Below the pieces are notes generated by a model. The model was not told where the DNA came from. It did not search any database and saw nothing but the letters and a program-made list of their open reading frames with translations. A DNA stretch of 63,744 bases, the filler included, from Octopus bimaculoides (taxonomy: Eukaryota): NCBI RefSeq assembly GCF_001194135.2. It is 6 parts of 6 records of this genome, joined end to end, with 100 filler letters (N's around TTAATTAATTAA, not from the genome) between each part and the next. Parts side by side here need not be neighbours in the genome. Positions count along the whole stretch, not along the records: positions 35,295 to 40,396 come from NC_069000.1; positions 40,497 to 62,542 come from NC_068989.1; 4 more parts are not named here. One strand, given 5' to 3'. The translations under genes were made by a program, and so were the position numbers. Positions 37,661-51,319 of this stretch are shown one piece after another. Positions within the stretch are counted from its first letter, which is position 1; each line of letters opens with the position of its first letter.

Positions 37661-39429
37661 ATGCTGAAAAATGTTTTGACAAATTTACCTTTATTTTTAC
37701 AATCATGTATAACAATATATATTGATTATCTAGTTCTATGCATATTCAGGAATTTTTATATAGGAGTGAAATTGCTGTGTGTTTGAATACAACGCTGAAT
37801 GTAAGTCTTAAATATGTCCCATAGTTATACGTTTTTTATATATGCTCTCAGTTGTACGTATATACAATGCATGTACATATAACTTCTTTGGTCCTCGTAA
37901 TAGCTTTTGCCCTCCCTATGTCTGTACTTGGATGATTTTATTGGGAATGATGAGGGCTTTGTCCTTTTTTTTTTTTACCACGGATGTCTCACTGTTTCCG
38001 TCAAAAGGACGGGACTGTAACTCTGGTCAACTTAGAAAAGAAAGCGATAACACATGTCATCCGGAGCTCTAACAGACGACCAACTTACTGCCCTAATTCT
38101 TGTTCTTCTCTCTCTATATATATATCTATATATATTTATCAGCCTTTGAGATCATGAAAGGTACTTTACTTTTGAACTACATTGCAGTTAAACTGAGAGC
38201 GCAAAAAGGTGAAACGGTAGCCTGGAGTCATTCCAGGCGAATGGAGGTGCTGCTGCCAATCCTTTGGGATATCTCTCAGTGCGTGTGGTTAAATATATAT
38301 ACATACATATATATATATATATAATATATATATATATATAATATATATATATATANNNNNNNNNNNNNNNNNNNNNNNNNNNNNNNNNNNNNNNNNNNNN
38401 NNNNNNNNNNNNNNNNNNNNNNNNNNNNNNNNNNNNNNNNNNNNNNNNNNNNNNNNNNNNNNNNNNNNNNNNNNNNNNNNNNNNNNNNNNNNNNNNNNNN
38501 NNNNNNNNNNNNNNNNNNNNNNNNNNNNNNNNNNNNNNNNNNNNNNNNNNNNNNNNNNNNNNNNNNNNNNNNNNNNNNNNNNNNNNNNNNNNNNNNNNNN
38601 NNNNNNNNNNNNNNNNNNNNNNNNNNNNNNNNNNNNNNNNNNNNNNNNNNNNNNNNNNNNNNNNNNNNNNNNNNNNNNNNNNNNNNNNNNNNNNNNNNNN
38701 NNNNNNNNNNNNNNNNNNNNNNNNNNNNNNNNNNNNNNNNNNNNNNNNNNNNNNNNNNNNNNNNNNNNNNNNNNNNNNNNNNNNNNNNNNNNNNNNNNNN
38801 NNNNNNNNNNNNNNNNNNNTATACATATATATGAATAAGACAGAAAGAATTTGTAACATGTATATATATATGCACACACACAATCTTGCATTTAGAATTT
38901 CCATTTTATGGATATCTTGACATAGTCTGTGTGTATATATATAGACCTAGATTCTTCCCTTTTTGTCACTCTGCCTGTCTCATCTGTCCGTCTTTGTTTA
39001 TCTGTCTGTGTTTATCTATCTCTCACTTCTATCTCACCTGACGTATGTCTGTCAGTGCGGCTCATTCTTTCATTGTGTTTGTTTTCATGAGTGTGCATAT
39101 CTGTGTGATCTATGTGTGTGCATGCATATTCACGTGCTTGTGTGTGTATGTGTGTCTGGATGTGTGTGAGTATGAACGTTTATTGATGAAGCCTCGGTCG
39201 GTTGTATCAAACGTATCTATGGTGAATGACACTTGCGAATATGCCATTTAATGAATGTTACCCCGGAACCTCGTGGTTATGAAGCAGAATTCACAATTCA
39301 TTATCGAACCATTTCTGCCTCTCATTAATGAAAAACGAAAACAAACAAACAACCAAAAAATATCTATTTACGGCAAGAGAAAACTAAAATTATAAGACAA
39401 TTTACTGTTAATTTATGTTAACTAATATT

Positions 39430-39630
39430 GATTCAAAATTTTAGCACAAGGCCAGCAATTTCGGGGGAGGACGTGAGACGATAACATTGACCCCAATGTT
39501 CGAATGGTACTTATTTTATCGACCTCGAAAGTTGATTCCGTTAGAATTTGAACTGAGAAGTAAAGACGAACGAAATCCCACAAGCATTTTGTCTGGCGTG
39601 CTTACGTTTCTGTCAGCTGGTTGCCTTAAT
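39430..39630 (-). mobile_element. SINE family A
   Basis: AGCACAAGGCCAGCAATTTCGGGG...GAATTTGAACTG...CTGTCAGCTGGTTGCCTT. Confidence 0.75.
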
Positions 39631-40219
39631 ATTAATTAATATTGAATACGCGGCAAGATTCAGTTCATTACGTTGGAGAAGTGATATAATGCTAATTAGC
39701 TGTTTGCACCAGTACTACGCAGACCATTGATGGTAAAGTGAAATATAAATCAAGGGACCACTTTAAATTAATGATGCGGATCCACTTAGAAAGGGGCAAT
39801 ACATAATTTGTAAGGTAGTACTATTTACAACCAATTCATAATTGAATAATTTACAATTAGAAGTTACCGTAAACAAAATATTAGGATTTTCCTTATGAAG
39901 GTAGAAAGTGTCTGTAAGGTAGCACCAATAATGAATGAACAATTTATAGAAAGTATGGTGGGGTTAATAATAGGGCCACGATTTACAATTCGTAATGGAG
40001 GATTTCTAAGGTTTCAATTTGTACTAAAGGACGTGCATCCATCAATATGAATACAATTCACAGGTAATATGGTGGAATGATTTAGATTCACAGTAAACTT
40101 CTTGTCCGGCTCCACTAGTACCAGAAGAGTGCCGGATAACTGAATTTTCCGGATATCTGATTATCACTTTTAAATTCCCATAGCAGCTCACATGACTCGT
40201 CAAAACTCTTCACAAGCGC

Positions 40220-40635
40220 GAGCATAGCTGTGTGCTAAAGAAGTTTGCTTCCCAACCTTATGGTTCTGGGTTCAGTCCCATTGCGTGACACCTTGAGCAA
40301 GTGTCTTCTGCTATAGCTTTGTGAGTGGAGTTGGTAGTCAGAAACTGGAAGAAGCTCGTGCTATATATATATATATATATATATATAAAGTGTAGTNNNN
40401 NNNNNNNNNNNNNNNNNNNNNNNNNNNNNNNNNNNNNNNNTTAATTAATTAANNNNNNNNNNNNNNNNNNNNNNNNNNNNNNNNNNNNNNNNNNNNAGTG
40501 GTTCGGCAAAAAGAGGCCGATAGAATAAGTACTAGGCTTACAAAGAATAAGTCCTGGGGTTGATTTGCTTGACTAAATACGCTGCTCCAGCATGGCCGCA
40601 GTCAAATGATTGAAACAAGTAAAAGAGTAAAAGAG

Positions 40636-40640
<5 letters not shown>
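40220..40640 (+). mobile_element. SINE family B spanning a linker gap
   Basis: Head TAGCTGTGTG..GGTTCAGTCCC..CCTTGAGCAAGTGTCTT and tail GAAACAAGTAAAAGAGTAAAAGAG. Confidence 0.8.
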
Positions 40641-40669
<29 letters not shown>

Positions 40670-40675
<6 letters not shown>

Positions 40676-41035
40676 TTTACTTGTTTCAGTCATTAGATTG
40701 CAGCCATGCTGGGGCACCGCCTTGAAGAATTTTTAGTTGATTGAATCAACCCCTGGGCTTATCTTTTAAATCCTAGTACTTATTCTATCAGTATCTTTTG
40801 TTGAACTGCTAAGTTATGGGGACATGAATACACTAGCACCGGTTGTCAAGTGGTGGTAGGGGTGCCACAATCATAGCCATGGCAGATACTGGTGTCACAC
40901 AACTGGTACTCATGCCAGTGGCACGTAAAAGCACCCATTATACTCTTGGAGTGGTTAGCATAATGAAGGGCATCCAGCCATAGGAACCCTGCCAAATCAG
41001 ACTGTAGTCTGGTGCCGCTCGCTTGCATACTAGTC
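40670..41035. mobile_element. SINE family B tail (minus) fused to an RTE 3'-UTR fragment (plus)
   Basis: TTTTACTTGTTTCAGTCA... followed by GGCACGTAAAAGCACCCA..GAAGGGCATCCAGC, which matches the 3' UTR at 43710-43920. Confidence 0.7.
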
Positions 41036-41579
41036 TTGTCGTGCTATTGGGTTTGATATTGACCAGTAGAAGTCTGAAATATTATTTCTGTTTTAACTGA
41101 AATATTAATTTAAATATAAACATCTATTATATTAAAGTGCTAACAATAAATTTCTGTGGTGTAAATAGTCTGTCATACTGTAGAAAAGAGATGGTGAAGG
41201 TATGTGCGGTAAACAGCGTAAAAGAGAGAGAGAGAGAGTGACAGAAAGAGATGCACACACAGATTCAAGCAAACACTACAAGCACATACACTCATACGTA
41301 CACTTACATATGAAAACTACTGGTTTGCCCACACATACAGACACACAGGGATAACAATTAGCTGTATGAGTGTACTTGTCAGAGAGACAGTGAGATGTAT
41401 GTGTTTACCAGCAATCTTATGAGTCATAACTAAAAGAAGACTTTTACTAAAAGTATTTTTTATTTTTAAGTAAAATTCCATTTTGGCAGTTTCAATCATT
41501 TGTTAAATTTATTGACTTTATTTTGTTGTGTTGTATATAATTGAATACTGTATATATTGTTTGTGTTTATATATCTGTG

Positions 41580-41900
41580 AAGGTACATGGCTTAACAGTT
41601 AGGCAATTAGGCTCACAGTCATAAGGTCATGAGTTTAATTCCTGGTAATATGTTGTGTCCTTGAGCAAGACACTTGATTTCATGCTACTCTAGTCCACTC
41701 AGCTGGCAAAAATGAGTAGTACCTGTATTTTGAAGGGCCAGCCTTGTCCCATTTCATGTCATGCTGAATATCCCTGAGAACTATGTTAAGTCTACACATA
41801 TCTGTGGAGTGCTCAACTTCTTGCACATTAATTTCATGAGCAGGCTGTTCCATTGAACGAATTATCTGGAACCCTCTTTGTCATAACCAACAGAGTGTCT
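41580..41900 (+). mobile_element. tRNA-derived CORE-like SINE, family C
   Basis: GGCTTAACAGTTAGG..GAGTTTAATTCCTGG..TGTGTCCTTGAGCAAGACACTT; tail GCAGGCTGTTCCATTGA..GGAACCCTC. Confidence 0.7.
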
Positions 41901-42129
41901 GTAATATCAATATATCTATATACCAAAATTTACTTGATATGATCACAATATTTAAAGATTTTCTTGAAAGAACATGTATTACTTGTATATAATACAAAAT
42001 TTGCTTTCCAAAATGTTTATATCATTCTGCTTTTCGAAAAATCTTTAAAATAGTAACTTTAAAAAAAATCTTTCTTTAAATATATATATATGTATATATA
42101 TATCAGTTGTATATATATGTATATGTATA

Positions 42130-42290
42130 TTATTGTTGGCACTCTGTCGCTTACGACATCAAGGGTTCCAGTTGATCCGATCAACGGAACAGCCTGCTCA
42201 TGAAATTAACGTGCCTGATCTGGGAATCGAAACCGCGATCGTATGACCGCTAGTCCGCTGCCCTAACCACTGGGCCATTGCACCTCCACG
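42130..42290 (-). mobile_element. short internally deleted family C SINE with flanking direct repeat
   Basis: Head (TGGCCCAGTGGTTAGG..GGTTTCGATTCCC on minus) is joined directly to the family C tail. TATATATCAGTTGTATATATATGTATAT lies on both sides. Confidence 0.65.
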
Positions 42291-42679
42291 TATTTGTATA
42301 TATATCAGTTGTATATATATGTATATNNNNNNNNNNNNNNNNNNNNNNNNNNNNNNNNNNNNNNNNNNNNNNNNNNNNNNNNNNNNNNNNNNNNNNNNNN
42401 NNNNNNNNNNNNNNNNNNNNNNNNNNNNNNNNNNNNNNNNNNNNNNNNNNNNNNNNNNNNNNNNNNNNNNNNNNNNNNNNNNNNNNNNNNNNNNNNNNNN
42501 NNNNNNNNNNNNNNNNNNNNNNNNNNNNNNNNNNNNNNNNNNNNNNNNNNNNNNNNNNNNNNNNNNNNNNNNNNNNNNNNNNNNNNNNNNNNNNNNNNNN
42601 NNNNNNNNNNNNNNNNNNNNNNNNNNNNNNNNNNNNNNNNNNNNNNNNNNNNNNNNNNNNNNNNNNNNNNNNNNNNNNN

Positions 42680-42880
42680 GTTTCAGTCATTTGACTGCGG
42701 CCATGCTGGAGCACCGCCTTTAGTCGAGCAAATCGACCCCAGGACTTATTCTTTGGAAGCCTAGTACTTATTCTATCAGTCTCTTTTGCCGAACCGCTAA
42801 ATTACGAGTCGTAAACACACCACCATTGGTTGTCAAGCGATGCTGGGGGGACAAACACAGACACACAAGCATATACACGG

Positions 42881-42917
<37 letters not shown>

Positions 42918-43077
42918 CGACGGGCTTGTTTCAGTTTCCGTTTACCAAATCCACTCACAAGGCTTTGGTCGGCCCGGGCTATAGTAGAAGACACTTGCCC
43001 AAGGTGCCACATAGTGGGAATGAATCCGGAACCATGTGGTTGGTAAGCAAGCTACTTACCACACAGCCACTCCTGTG
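42680..43077 (-). mobile_element. SINE family B, near full length
   Basis: Full reverse complement of the 4492-4915 type. Confidence 0.9.
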
Positions 43078-43294
43078 CCTATTATATATACAGACTACTT
43101 AAACAAAAGAAAACTGCTCCCACATCAGGGATGGTGTGCAAGCTACTACATATTCAGACATCTCAGAGAATATAACACTGCCCCCACATCACGGTCGCTG
43201 GAGGCTGTTACATATAGAGACCTCTTTACATTGAAAATAAAGGTCACCTGGCAAATTGACAGAAGGGTCCCCATCCACATGCTTTAGTTTCCAT

Positions 43295-43505
43295 AAGATG
43301 GTGAGCTGGCTGAACCATTAACACACCAGACAAAATTCTTAGCAACATTTCATCCATCTTTACGTTTGGAATTCAAATTCTGCTGAGATCAACTTTGCCT
43401 TTCATCCTTTTGAGGTCGATAAAATAAGTATCAGTTGAGGACTGGCATCAATGTAATCAATTTACCCTCTCCCCCAAATTTCAGGCCTTGTGCCAAAATT
43501 TGAAA
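43295..43505 (+). mobile_element. SINE family A
   Basis: GGTGAGCTGGCTGAACCATTA...GAATTCAAATTCTGC...GGCCTTGTGCCAAAATTTGAAAC. Confidence 0.8.
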
Positions 43506-43699
43506 CCAGCATTTGGCCTCCCTCTATGTCAGGGATTGGGGAACTTTTTAACCAATTACTCCAAAATATATTTATTTATACCGGTGTTACCCCTCTATTT
43601 GACAAGAAGAAAATCATTGATTCTCTGAATTCAAAAGATTTATAGAATTTATTTATATGGAGAATACAATTATAAAATATAAAAAGTATAAAAGAAATA

Positions 43700-44445
43700 T
43701 CATCATCATTGTTTAACGTCCGCTTTCCATGCTAGCATGGGTTGGACGATTTGACTGAGGACTGGTGAAACCGGATGGCAACACCAGGCTCCAATCTGAT
43801 TTGGCAGAGTTTCTACAGCTGGATGCCCTTCCTAACGCCAACCACTCAGAGAGTGTAGTGGGTGCTTTTACATGTCACCCACACGAAGGCCAGTCAGGCG
43901 GTACTGGCAACGGCCATGCTTAAAATNNNNNNNNNNNNNNNNNNNNNNNNNNNNNNNNNNNNNNNNNNNNNNNNNNNNNNNNNNNNNNNNNNNNNNNNNN
44001 NNNNNNNNNNNNNNNNNNNNNNNNNNNNNNNNNNNNNNNNNNNNNNNNNNNNNNNNNNNNNNNNNNNNNNNNNNNNNNNNNNNNNNNNNNNNNNNNNNNN
44101 NNNNNNNNNNNNNNNNNNNNNNNNNNNNNNNNNNNNNNNNNNNNNNNNNNNNNNNNNNNNNNNNNNNNNNNNNNNNNNNNNNNNNNNNNNNNNNNNNNNN
44201 NNNNNNNNNNNNNNNNNNNNNNNNNNNNNNNNNNNNNNNNNNNNNNNNNNNNNNNNNNNNNNNNNNNNNNNNNNNNNNNNNNNNNNNNNNNNNNNNNNNN
44301 NNNNNNNNNNNNNNNNNNNNNNNNNNNNNNNNNNNNNNNNNNNNNNTCACCCAGATAGCGGAAGCTATCAACTACCTCTAGTTTTTCTCCCTGAAATGAG
44401 ACAGAAGTTGTTTCCTGTTTGTTTACAGTATTTATTGCACCTGAT
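43700..44445 (-). mobile_element. 5'-truncated RTE-type LINE with (GAT)n tail, centre in gap
   Basis: GAINTVNKQETT..QGEKLEVVDSFRYLG at 44346-44445. The 3' UTR is shared with 57271-57704 and ends AAACAATGATGATG. Confidence 0.85.
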
Positions 44446-45452
44446 ATCCCCATTATGAAACAAAAGGATTCTTCTGGAAACTTTTTCACTTTAGGGATTG
44501 AAGAAATGGTGATGCTTCATTTTTGTTACAATTACATCAAAATTGGGGCATTTTGATGCCAGAGCAATTTGAATACAGCCCTTGTAGTCTAATCAATTAT
44601 TCTGCTTTGATTTTATGCTCATTGCAAAGGTAGGTTTTTGCAAAAAGCAGCAACTTTTTGACTGCCTCCTCATACTAGAAGAAAAATTTCTGTTGTAACA
44701 AGGAACACATTTTTTTAATATAATTTTACTTAGTCTAATGAGTCCTCATTACCCACTGGAATTTCATTTTTACCTCACTTATGTTAATTTACCCCGATTC
44801 ACCAAGCCCTGATCTATGCTGTCCACATACTCAGCCTCTTCTGTTTTTGTTTACAGTAGCTGCTGCCTTCCAGAGTTAACTGACCTTGGTTCACCTCCAA
44901 TTATGTGTACATGACTCACTGTCAATTCTCCACTCTTGCCCATATTGAATCCATATATCTTGTCAGCTAATTGCTATACTCAGTTTTTTTTTCACAGAAT
45001 GTTGGACTTCTGAATCAACTACCTTGATTAATTTTAGTCAAATGACTCAAACTCAGTACTTATTTTTTCTAAATCTTGGCACATATTCTCTCAGTCTATT
45101 TTGACAAACCTCAAAATTACAGGGATATAAATACACCAACACATGTTGTCAATTGGTGGTGCAAGTCAAAGACAAACACAAAGACACTCACATATGCATG
45201 CACACACACAATTGAATGAAAAGGGGTTAAGAATCCATGCAAATTAAAGGTTATAGTGAAAAAGGGGAAGTTGGACAGGATAAGTATTTTTATAGTTGTT
45301 ACATTGAATATTTTTTATAAAACATTTCCAGTTTCGATGTGTATGTCCATCTTAACAAATATTAAAAATTCAAAGTCAAGGATTAGAAAATAAGAGAAAA
45401 CTGGAAATTAAAATAGTTTGTTCTCACATTCTGTGCATAGTTAACAATATAG

Positions 45453-45486
<34 letters not shown>

Positions 45487-45964
45487 ATGCACACAAGAGT
45501 TACGGAATGGAGTTGATAAGATCTGGATACACATGTTTCATAGCAAGCAGAACCTCAAAAGTGGTAAATATCCAAGTGTTAACATGTACCTCTTTGCGAC
45601 AATGTAAACTTTCACTTATTCAAGATATCCTTGGCCTGAAGAACAGCCTGCAGTATATACTTCGCTTGGATATTAACCACTTCTGAGGTTCCACTTGTTA
45701 TGAAACATATGTAGCCTAGATATTATCTGCTCCATTCCATAACTCTTGTATTCTTATTCACACACCTGGCAGCTCTGATCATCTACCATGAAATATAAAA
45801 TAACCTTTTTTAGTTTATCATACTTTGGTATAAAAAATATCCACAGCCTTCCATCTCAATATTGCTTGCAGCCAACTTTCTTCCTGCCCTACATGCATGT
45901 GTGGGTGGGTAGGTAGGTAGGTATGTAGGTACGTATGTACATACATACATACATACATACATAC

Positions 45965-46130
45965 ATTCATACAAGCTTCTTCCAGTTTCAGTCTACTATA
46001 TCCATTCACAAGGCTTTTCAACCTGAAGTTATAGTAGAAGACACATGCCCAGAGGTGCCACACAGGGAGACTGAACCTGGAGCCATGTGGTTGAGAAGCA
46101 AACTTCTTACAATACAGCCATGCCTGCACC
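45965..46130 (-). mobile_element. SINE family B head
   Basis: AGAAGACACATGCCCAGAGGTGCCAC...GAACCTGG...CAAACTTCTTACAATACAGCCA. Confidence 0.7.
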
Positions 46131-47033
46131 TATCCAAGCTATATTCAGTGCCTAACAACTAATTACATATTTTTTATTTTCTTCTTATCTTTTAGTCAGG
46201 ATTCATTACAAGGTCTCTAATACTGGTGGAGAGAGGGATGGAAGTATCTTCAAACCAAAAACCTGATCTGAATGCTTGCAACAGAGTAAATTCTATTACA
46301 GGCACTCAAGATGCTAGGTGTTGGCATTAAAGTAAATGATGAGTTAAGTTTACCACTCAAACAAGTCATTGTAGTATGAATCCATTCCCTTAGATTGGTA
46401 CTTCTTTATTGATTCCAAAGGGTTGCAAGGCAAAGTTGAGCTGAGTAGAGTTTGAACTCATGAGATTGAGTCAGAACAGATTCTGCCAACCATTCTGTCC
46501 AATGTTTTAACAATTCTGTCACTTTATTGCCTGAATCCATTTCCCAAGTTCATGCAGAAAATTTAGATGAGATATGGAATAATCCTATTGGATAATTCTT
46601 CACAACTGTGTCAAAGTAGTAGTGATAAAGGTTGGTATTGGCTAATCTTTAGACATGTTTTATAGTTTTATATCACAACAGTACAACATTATCTAAGATC
46701 AGTGGTGTTGTAAAGGTGAGGGTGGATTTGAACAGCATTATTCAGGGGCCCTGTTGCTCATGATTTAAGAAATTCTTAAATACATATATAAAAAGAAACC
46801 CCACAGCCATCACACATAAGTGAGAACGATTTAGAAGCATGTACTATGCTTTAGCTGGTTGTTTTAGGCTGGAATGAGACAATCAGGCATGCTATTAGGA
46901 TGCTGATGATTTGATGTTGATGACTGGACATTGGATCTGTTTTGGCAATGGCTTTTTTATTTTGGTTCCAGTACCTTTTGGCATAGGAGGCAAATATACA
47001 CACACATGTGCATATGCCCAGAAATATGCATAT

Positions 47034-47065
<32 letters not shown>

Positions 47066-47216
47066 CAGATAGAGCGAGAGAGGAGGAGGAGGAGGAGGAG
47101 GAGAGGGAGGGGTAGAGGGAGGAAGAGAGAGAGATTAAAATGTATTGAACCTGATTGCTACAAGCACATACCCTTTTCTATGCATAAAGAAAAACACACA
47201 CACACATTCACATAAG

Positions 47217-47248
<32 letters not shown>

Positions 47249-47899
47249 AAGAAAGAGATGTGCTTGTAGCATTTGGGGAAATTTAATACATCTTAATGTT
47301 TCTCTCTTTGACTTTTCTGCTCACAGCACTAAAATTTAAATTCATTGTCAGTTCTGCTTTGTCAGAAATTCCACATTTCTTCAGTGTTTCACCAGCCATC
47401 ATATTCCTAAAGTGAAGCAGAAAACTAAACAAAGTTTAGTAATTGCGATTACAAGTTTGTTGTCAACTAGAATTAAAACAAAATTTTCACAGTGCCAACA
47501 CAACCTGGGGACAAAACATATGATGTCAAATAAGTCAACATCAAATTAGCAATGCCAAATAGACAGCAATAAAATAGCACTGCAAAAAGGTTACATCCTC
47601 ATTTTAGATTGCTATGTTACCCAGCTTTCCTACCCTGATGCCAGCAGAACAGCCAGGATGTGACAGTGAGAGGGAAAGAAAGAGTTGCACAAATACTTAG
47701 CCATAAAACAACGATGATGATGATATCACAGATGCTGATGATGTCACTGATGATGATGATGAGGATGATGATGATAACAGTGTGTGTTTGTGTGTTGAGT
47801 ATGAAAAATCTTATCTCCAATGTTGTAAACTGCTGATGGTTAACTATTTGTGCAACATCCACTCTACAAACCATGATGATACTGAGAAAATTTCTTTTT

Positions 47900-48360
47900 C
47901 TGAGTATCAATTATTATGCTTGGGTTCCAGCCTGGGCCACAACAACAAAATTCACTTGTCACACTTCTCGGTCCGTCATCACCGCCTTGATGTTCTGGAA
48001 GCATTCCAGGCCAGTGTCTGCGATCAAGTTGTCAACATAAGTGGGACAACATTTTCCTTTCCTTACATCAACATGAAGTCGATTCCACAAGACTAATTTG
48101 GATGCTTTCAGTTCAGGGTAGCACATGCAATGACCAGATAGTCACAGCTGTCTTTGTCTGATCTCTTTGCTAACTTTCTGCAGTTCTCCATAAAGACATT
48201 CATTTGTCATAAGTTGCTGCAATTTCACATTTAGGGCCATTTCTGAATAAACTGGTTCACCATAAAAAAAAAATGCCTTACTCAAAAAAATAATGCACAA
48301 CTTGTTCCTGGACTTAATGAGCTCAGTACGTAGATTAGCAGGCATTGAGTCTTCACATAA
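47900..48360 (-). mobile_element. RTE-clade LINE C-terminal fragment
   Basis: LYGELQKVSKEIRQRQL*LSGHC..PEL..LVLW and TYVDNLIADTGL. Confidence 0.7.
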
Positions 48361-49744
48361 GAACCTTGTGAAAGGGTTTATTTACATTAAGATAAATTTA
48401 GTAACTCATTATCAATTAGGCGGTCGAATATTGACATAAGAAATTGTGTGGGGACAGAAGAGAGAATGCCAGCTCCAGTATTTTACTGGCATCTATTTAA
48501 TCAACACTAAAAGAATGAAAAACAAAGTTTGCTTTAGGGTGATTTAAAATGAGAATAAGGGGTGTATAACTAAACTTTGTAAAGCATTTTGTTTGGTACT
48601 CTGCCAGTTCTACAAATCCATGTCTTTTGGAATGTAAATAATAAGATATGAAACATTGATCCTTTGACTGCTAGATTGGAATGTTATCAATTTATCTTAC
48701 TTGGGAGTCTGTAATTATTCATAGCTGCTGATCTAAAGAAATAACTCTCCAACTGAGCAAGCCCAGCTAACAAGCTCAGCAGCACACAGATGATAGCAAA
48801 TTGATAATTTGATGGTAGAGACCAGTAAATATTAACACTCTTAGACATTCCTTAGAAACATAGAACAAAATACTTGACTAATGGTGCCTATCACCATTAT
48901 ACATTTTCAACAAAGCTAAAACAACTAAAACTATCCACTTGTTTCTCTTTAATTTACTTTTTAAATCTTTCTTTTATTTCTTTTTCGTTTTGTTTGTTTG
49001 TTTTCCTCTTCTATTTTATTCTGCGAATATATATAAAAGAAAGATTCTCTCCATTAACTTAAATGGCTAACTGCACACTGAAAGTGATAAATAAGCTCTA
49101 AAAGAGATAAAAGCAGCATTACATTTTTCTGCAGAATGATGACTACTGGTGGAATTTATTGGGAAGAATTAGATTTGACTTGGGAAAACAAGAAAAAGTA
49201 AAGAATTTAAAAGCAAACCTAGAAATAAGGTATCAATGTGTGTTGGTCATCTTTGGGAGAATTGTCTATGAAATTGGTTCTGCTTTATCTGTTCCTTATG
49301 TCCATGTTTCTTGTTCTTTTTAAGCTAATCTCTACAAATCTGGTTTATTTGCTTCATTTAACAGACACATCCAAACACACACATACACGTCAATATACAT
49401 AAATGCACCATTCATGTGCATGGGTAGACATACACATTCTGACAAATGAGTACACACACACGTGTCTCTATACATAGATACACCACTCATGAAATGAGTA
49501 CACATATACATGCATGCACACACAAATACACACACATATACACAGAAACTAACATACAAAGATGCACTCATATGTAGACAAAAGCAGCATATTTTTATAT
49601 GCCCACATACCTTCATACTCTCCATCTATGCTATATCTTGTTGATTTATGTCTCTCTAAGTATGTTTTTAATCTTGAATATCTTTGGGGATTTAAGGATA
49701 AGAAATAAAGCATTTCATAAAATACTGATATTGCCATTGTTGTT

Positions 49745-50990
49745 GCCATCATTATAGTGATGTCGCTGCTATCACCATAGTGATGTTGTTGCTATCATCA
49801 TAGTGAGTGATATTGTTGCTATCATCATAGTGATATTATTGCTATCATCATAGTGATATTATTGCTATCATCATAGTGATATTGTTGCTATCATCATAGT
49901 GATATTGTTGATATTATCATAGTAATATTGTTGCTATCACCATAGTGATGTTGCTGCTATCACTATAGTGATGTTGTTGCTATCACCATAGTGAATGATA
50001 TTGTTGCTATCATCATAGTGATATTGTTGCTATCATCATAATGATATTGTTGTTATCATCATAGTGATATTGTTGCTATCACCATAGTGATGTTGCTGCT
50101 ATCACCATAGTGATGTTGTTGCTATCATCATAGTGAGTGATATTGTTGCTATCNNNNNNNNNNNNNNNNNNNNNNNNNNNNNNNNNNNNNNNNNNNNNNN
50201 NNNNNNNNNNNNNNNNNNNNNNNNNNNNNNNNNNNNNNNNNNNNNNNNNNNNNNNNNNNNNNNNNNNNNNNNNNNNNNNNNNNNNNNNNNNNNNNNNNNN
50301 NNNNNNNNNNNNNNNNNNNNNNNNNNNNNNNNNNNNNNNNNNNNNNNNNNNNNNNNNNNNNNNNNNNNNNNNNNNNNNNNNNNNNNNNNNNNNNNNNNNN
50401 NNNNNNNNNNNNNNNNNNNNNNNNNNNNNNNNNNNNNNNNNNNNNNNNNNNNNNNNNNNNNNNNNNNNNNNNNNNNNNNNNNNNNNNNNNNNNNNNNNNN
50501 NNNNCGCTGCTATCACCATAGTGATGTTGTTGCTATCATCATAGTGAGTGATATTGTTGCTATCATCATAGTGACATTGTTGCTATCATCATAGTGATAT
50601 TGTTGCTATCACCATAGTGATGTTGCTGCTATCGTCATAGTGAGTGATATTGTTGCTATCATCATAGTGATATTGTTGCTATCATCATAGTGATATTGTT
50701 GCTATCATCATAGTAATATTGCTGCTATCACCATAGTGATGTTGCTGCTATAACCATAGTGATGTTGCTGCTATCATCATAGTGATATTGTTGAATATCA
50801 ACCAGAGTGATACTGTAGCAATTACCAAAATATTGTCGTCGTTGCTCTCAACACAGGATTTTTTGTTGCTGTCATAATATTGTTTCTGCTGTTGTTGCTG
50901 TCACATAGTATTGTTGGTACTATCATCATAGTGTTTTGATTGTTGCTATTGCTATCATCCAATGTTGTCATTAATGTTGTTGCTATCACC
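49745..50990. repeat. 23 bp minisatellite (ATCATCATAGTGATATTGTTGCT) with variant units
   Basis: Dozens of tandem 23 bp units, 27 bp variants (GTGAGTGA) and ATCACC/GCTGCT variants. Contains a gap and decays rightwards. Confidence 0.95.
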
Positions 50991-51153
50991 ATGTTTGGAA
51001 TCAAGGGGGACCATCGAGAGCTTATATGCCCCAATATTAGATTATTTTCTTTAGTCAATATACAGTGAATGCTTATAAACTTAAAGCTTATAATTATTAT
51101 TGCTTACGAAATTTTACCATTTCTTCATTCACTATTTCTTCATTTAACACAGA

Positions 51154-51207
<54 letters not shown>

Positions 51208-51319
51208 AGTTAATCAAATATGTCATTTGAAAATAAAGTGCACTGGATTTCAGATAAGTGCACTTGATATGAGAAATATCTAAAACATTAAGGGTATGTA
51301 GAGATTCAATTTGAGCGAT

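Noticed and set aside
38100-38324. Host coding exon (AFEIMKG...LWDISQ)
   Set aside because: No recognisable homology and splice sites are ambiguous; kept only as a low-interest island.
39700-40190. Viral or host coding fragment in complex sequence
   Set aside because: All frames examined have stops and no motif was recognised; the CCGGATA repeats only hint at a DNA-transposon end.
49745-50830. CRISPR-like repeat array
   Set aside because: Units are contiguous with no unique spacers and no cas genes, in a eukaryotic context.
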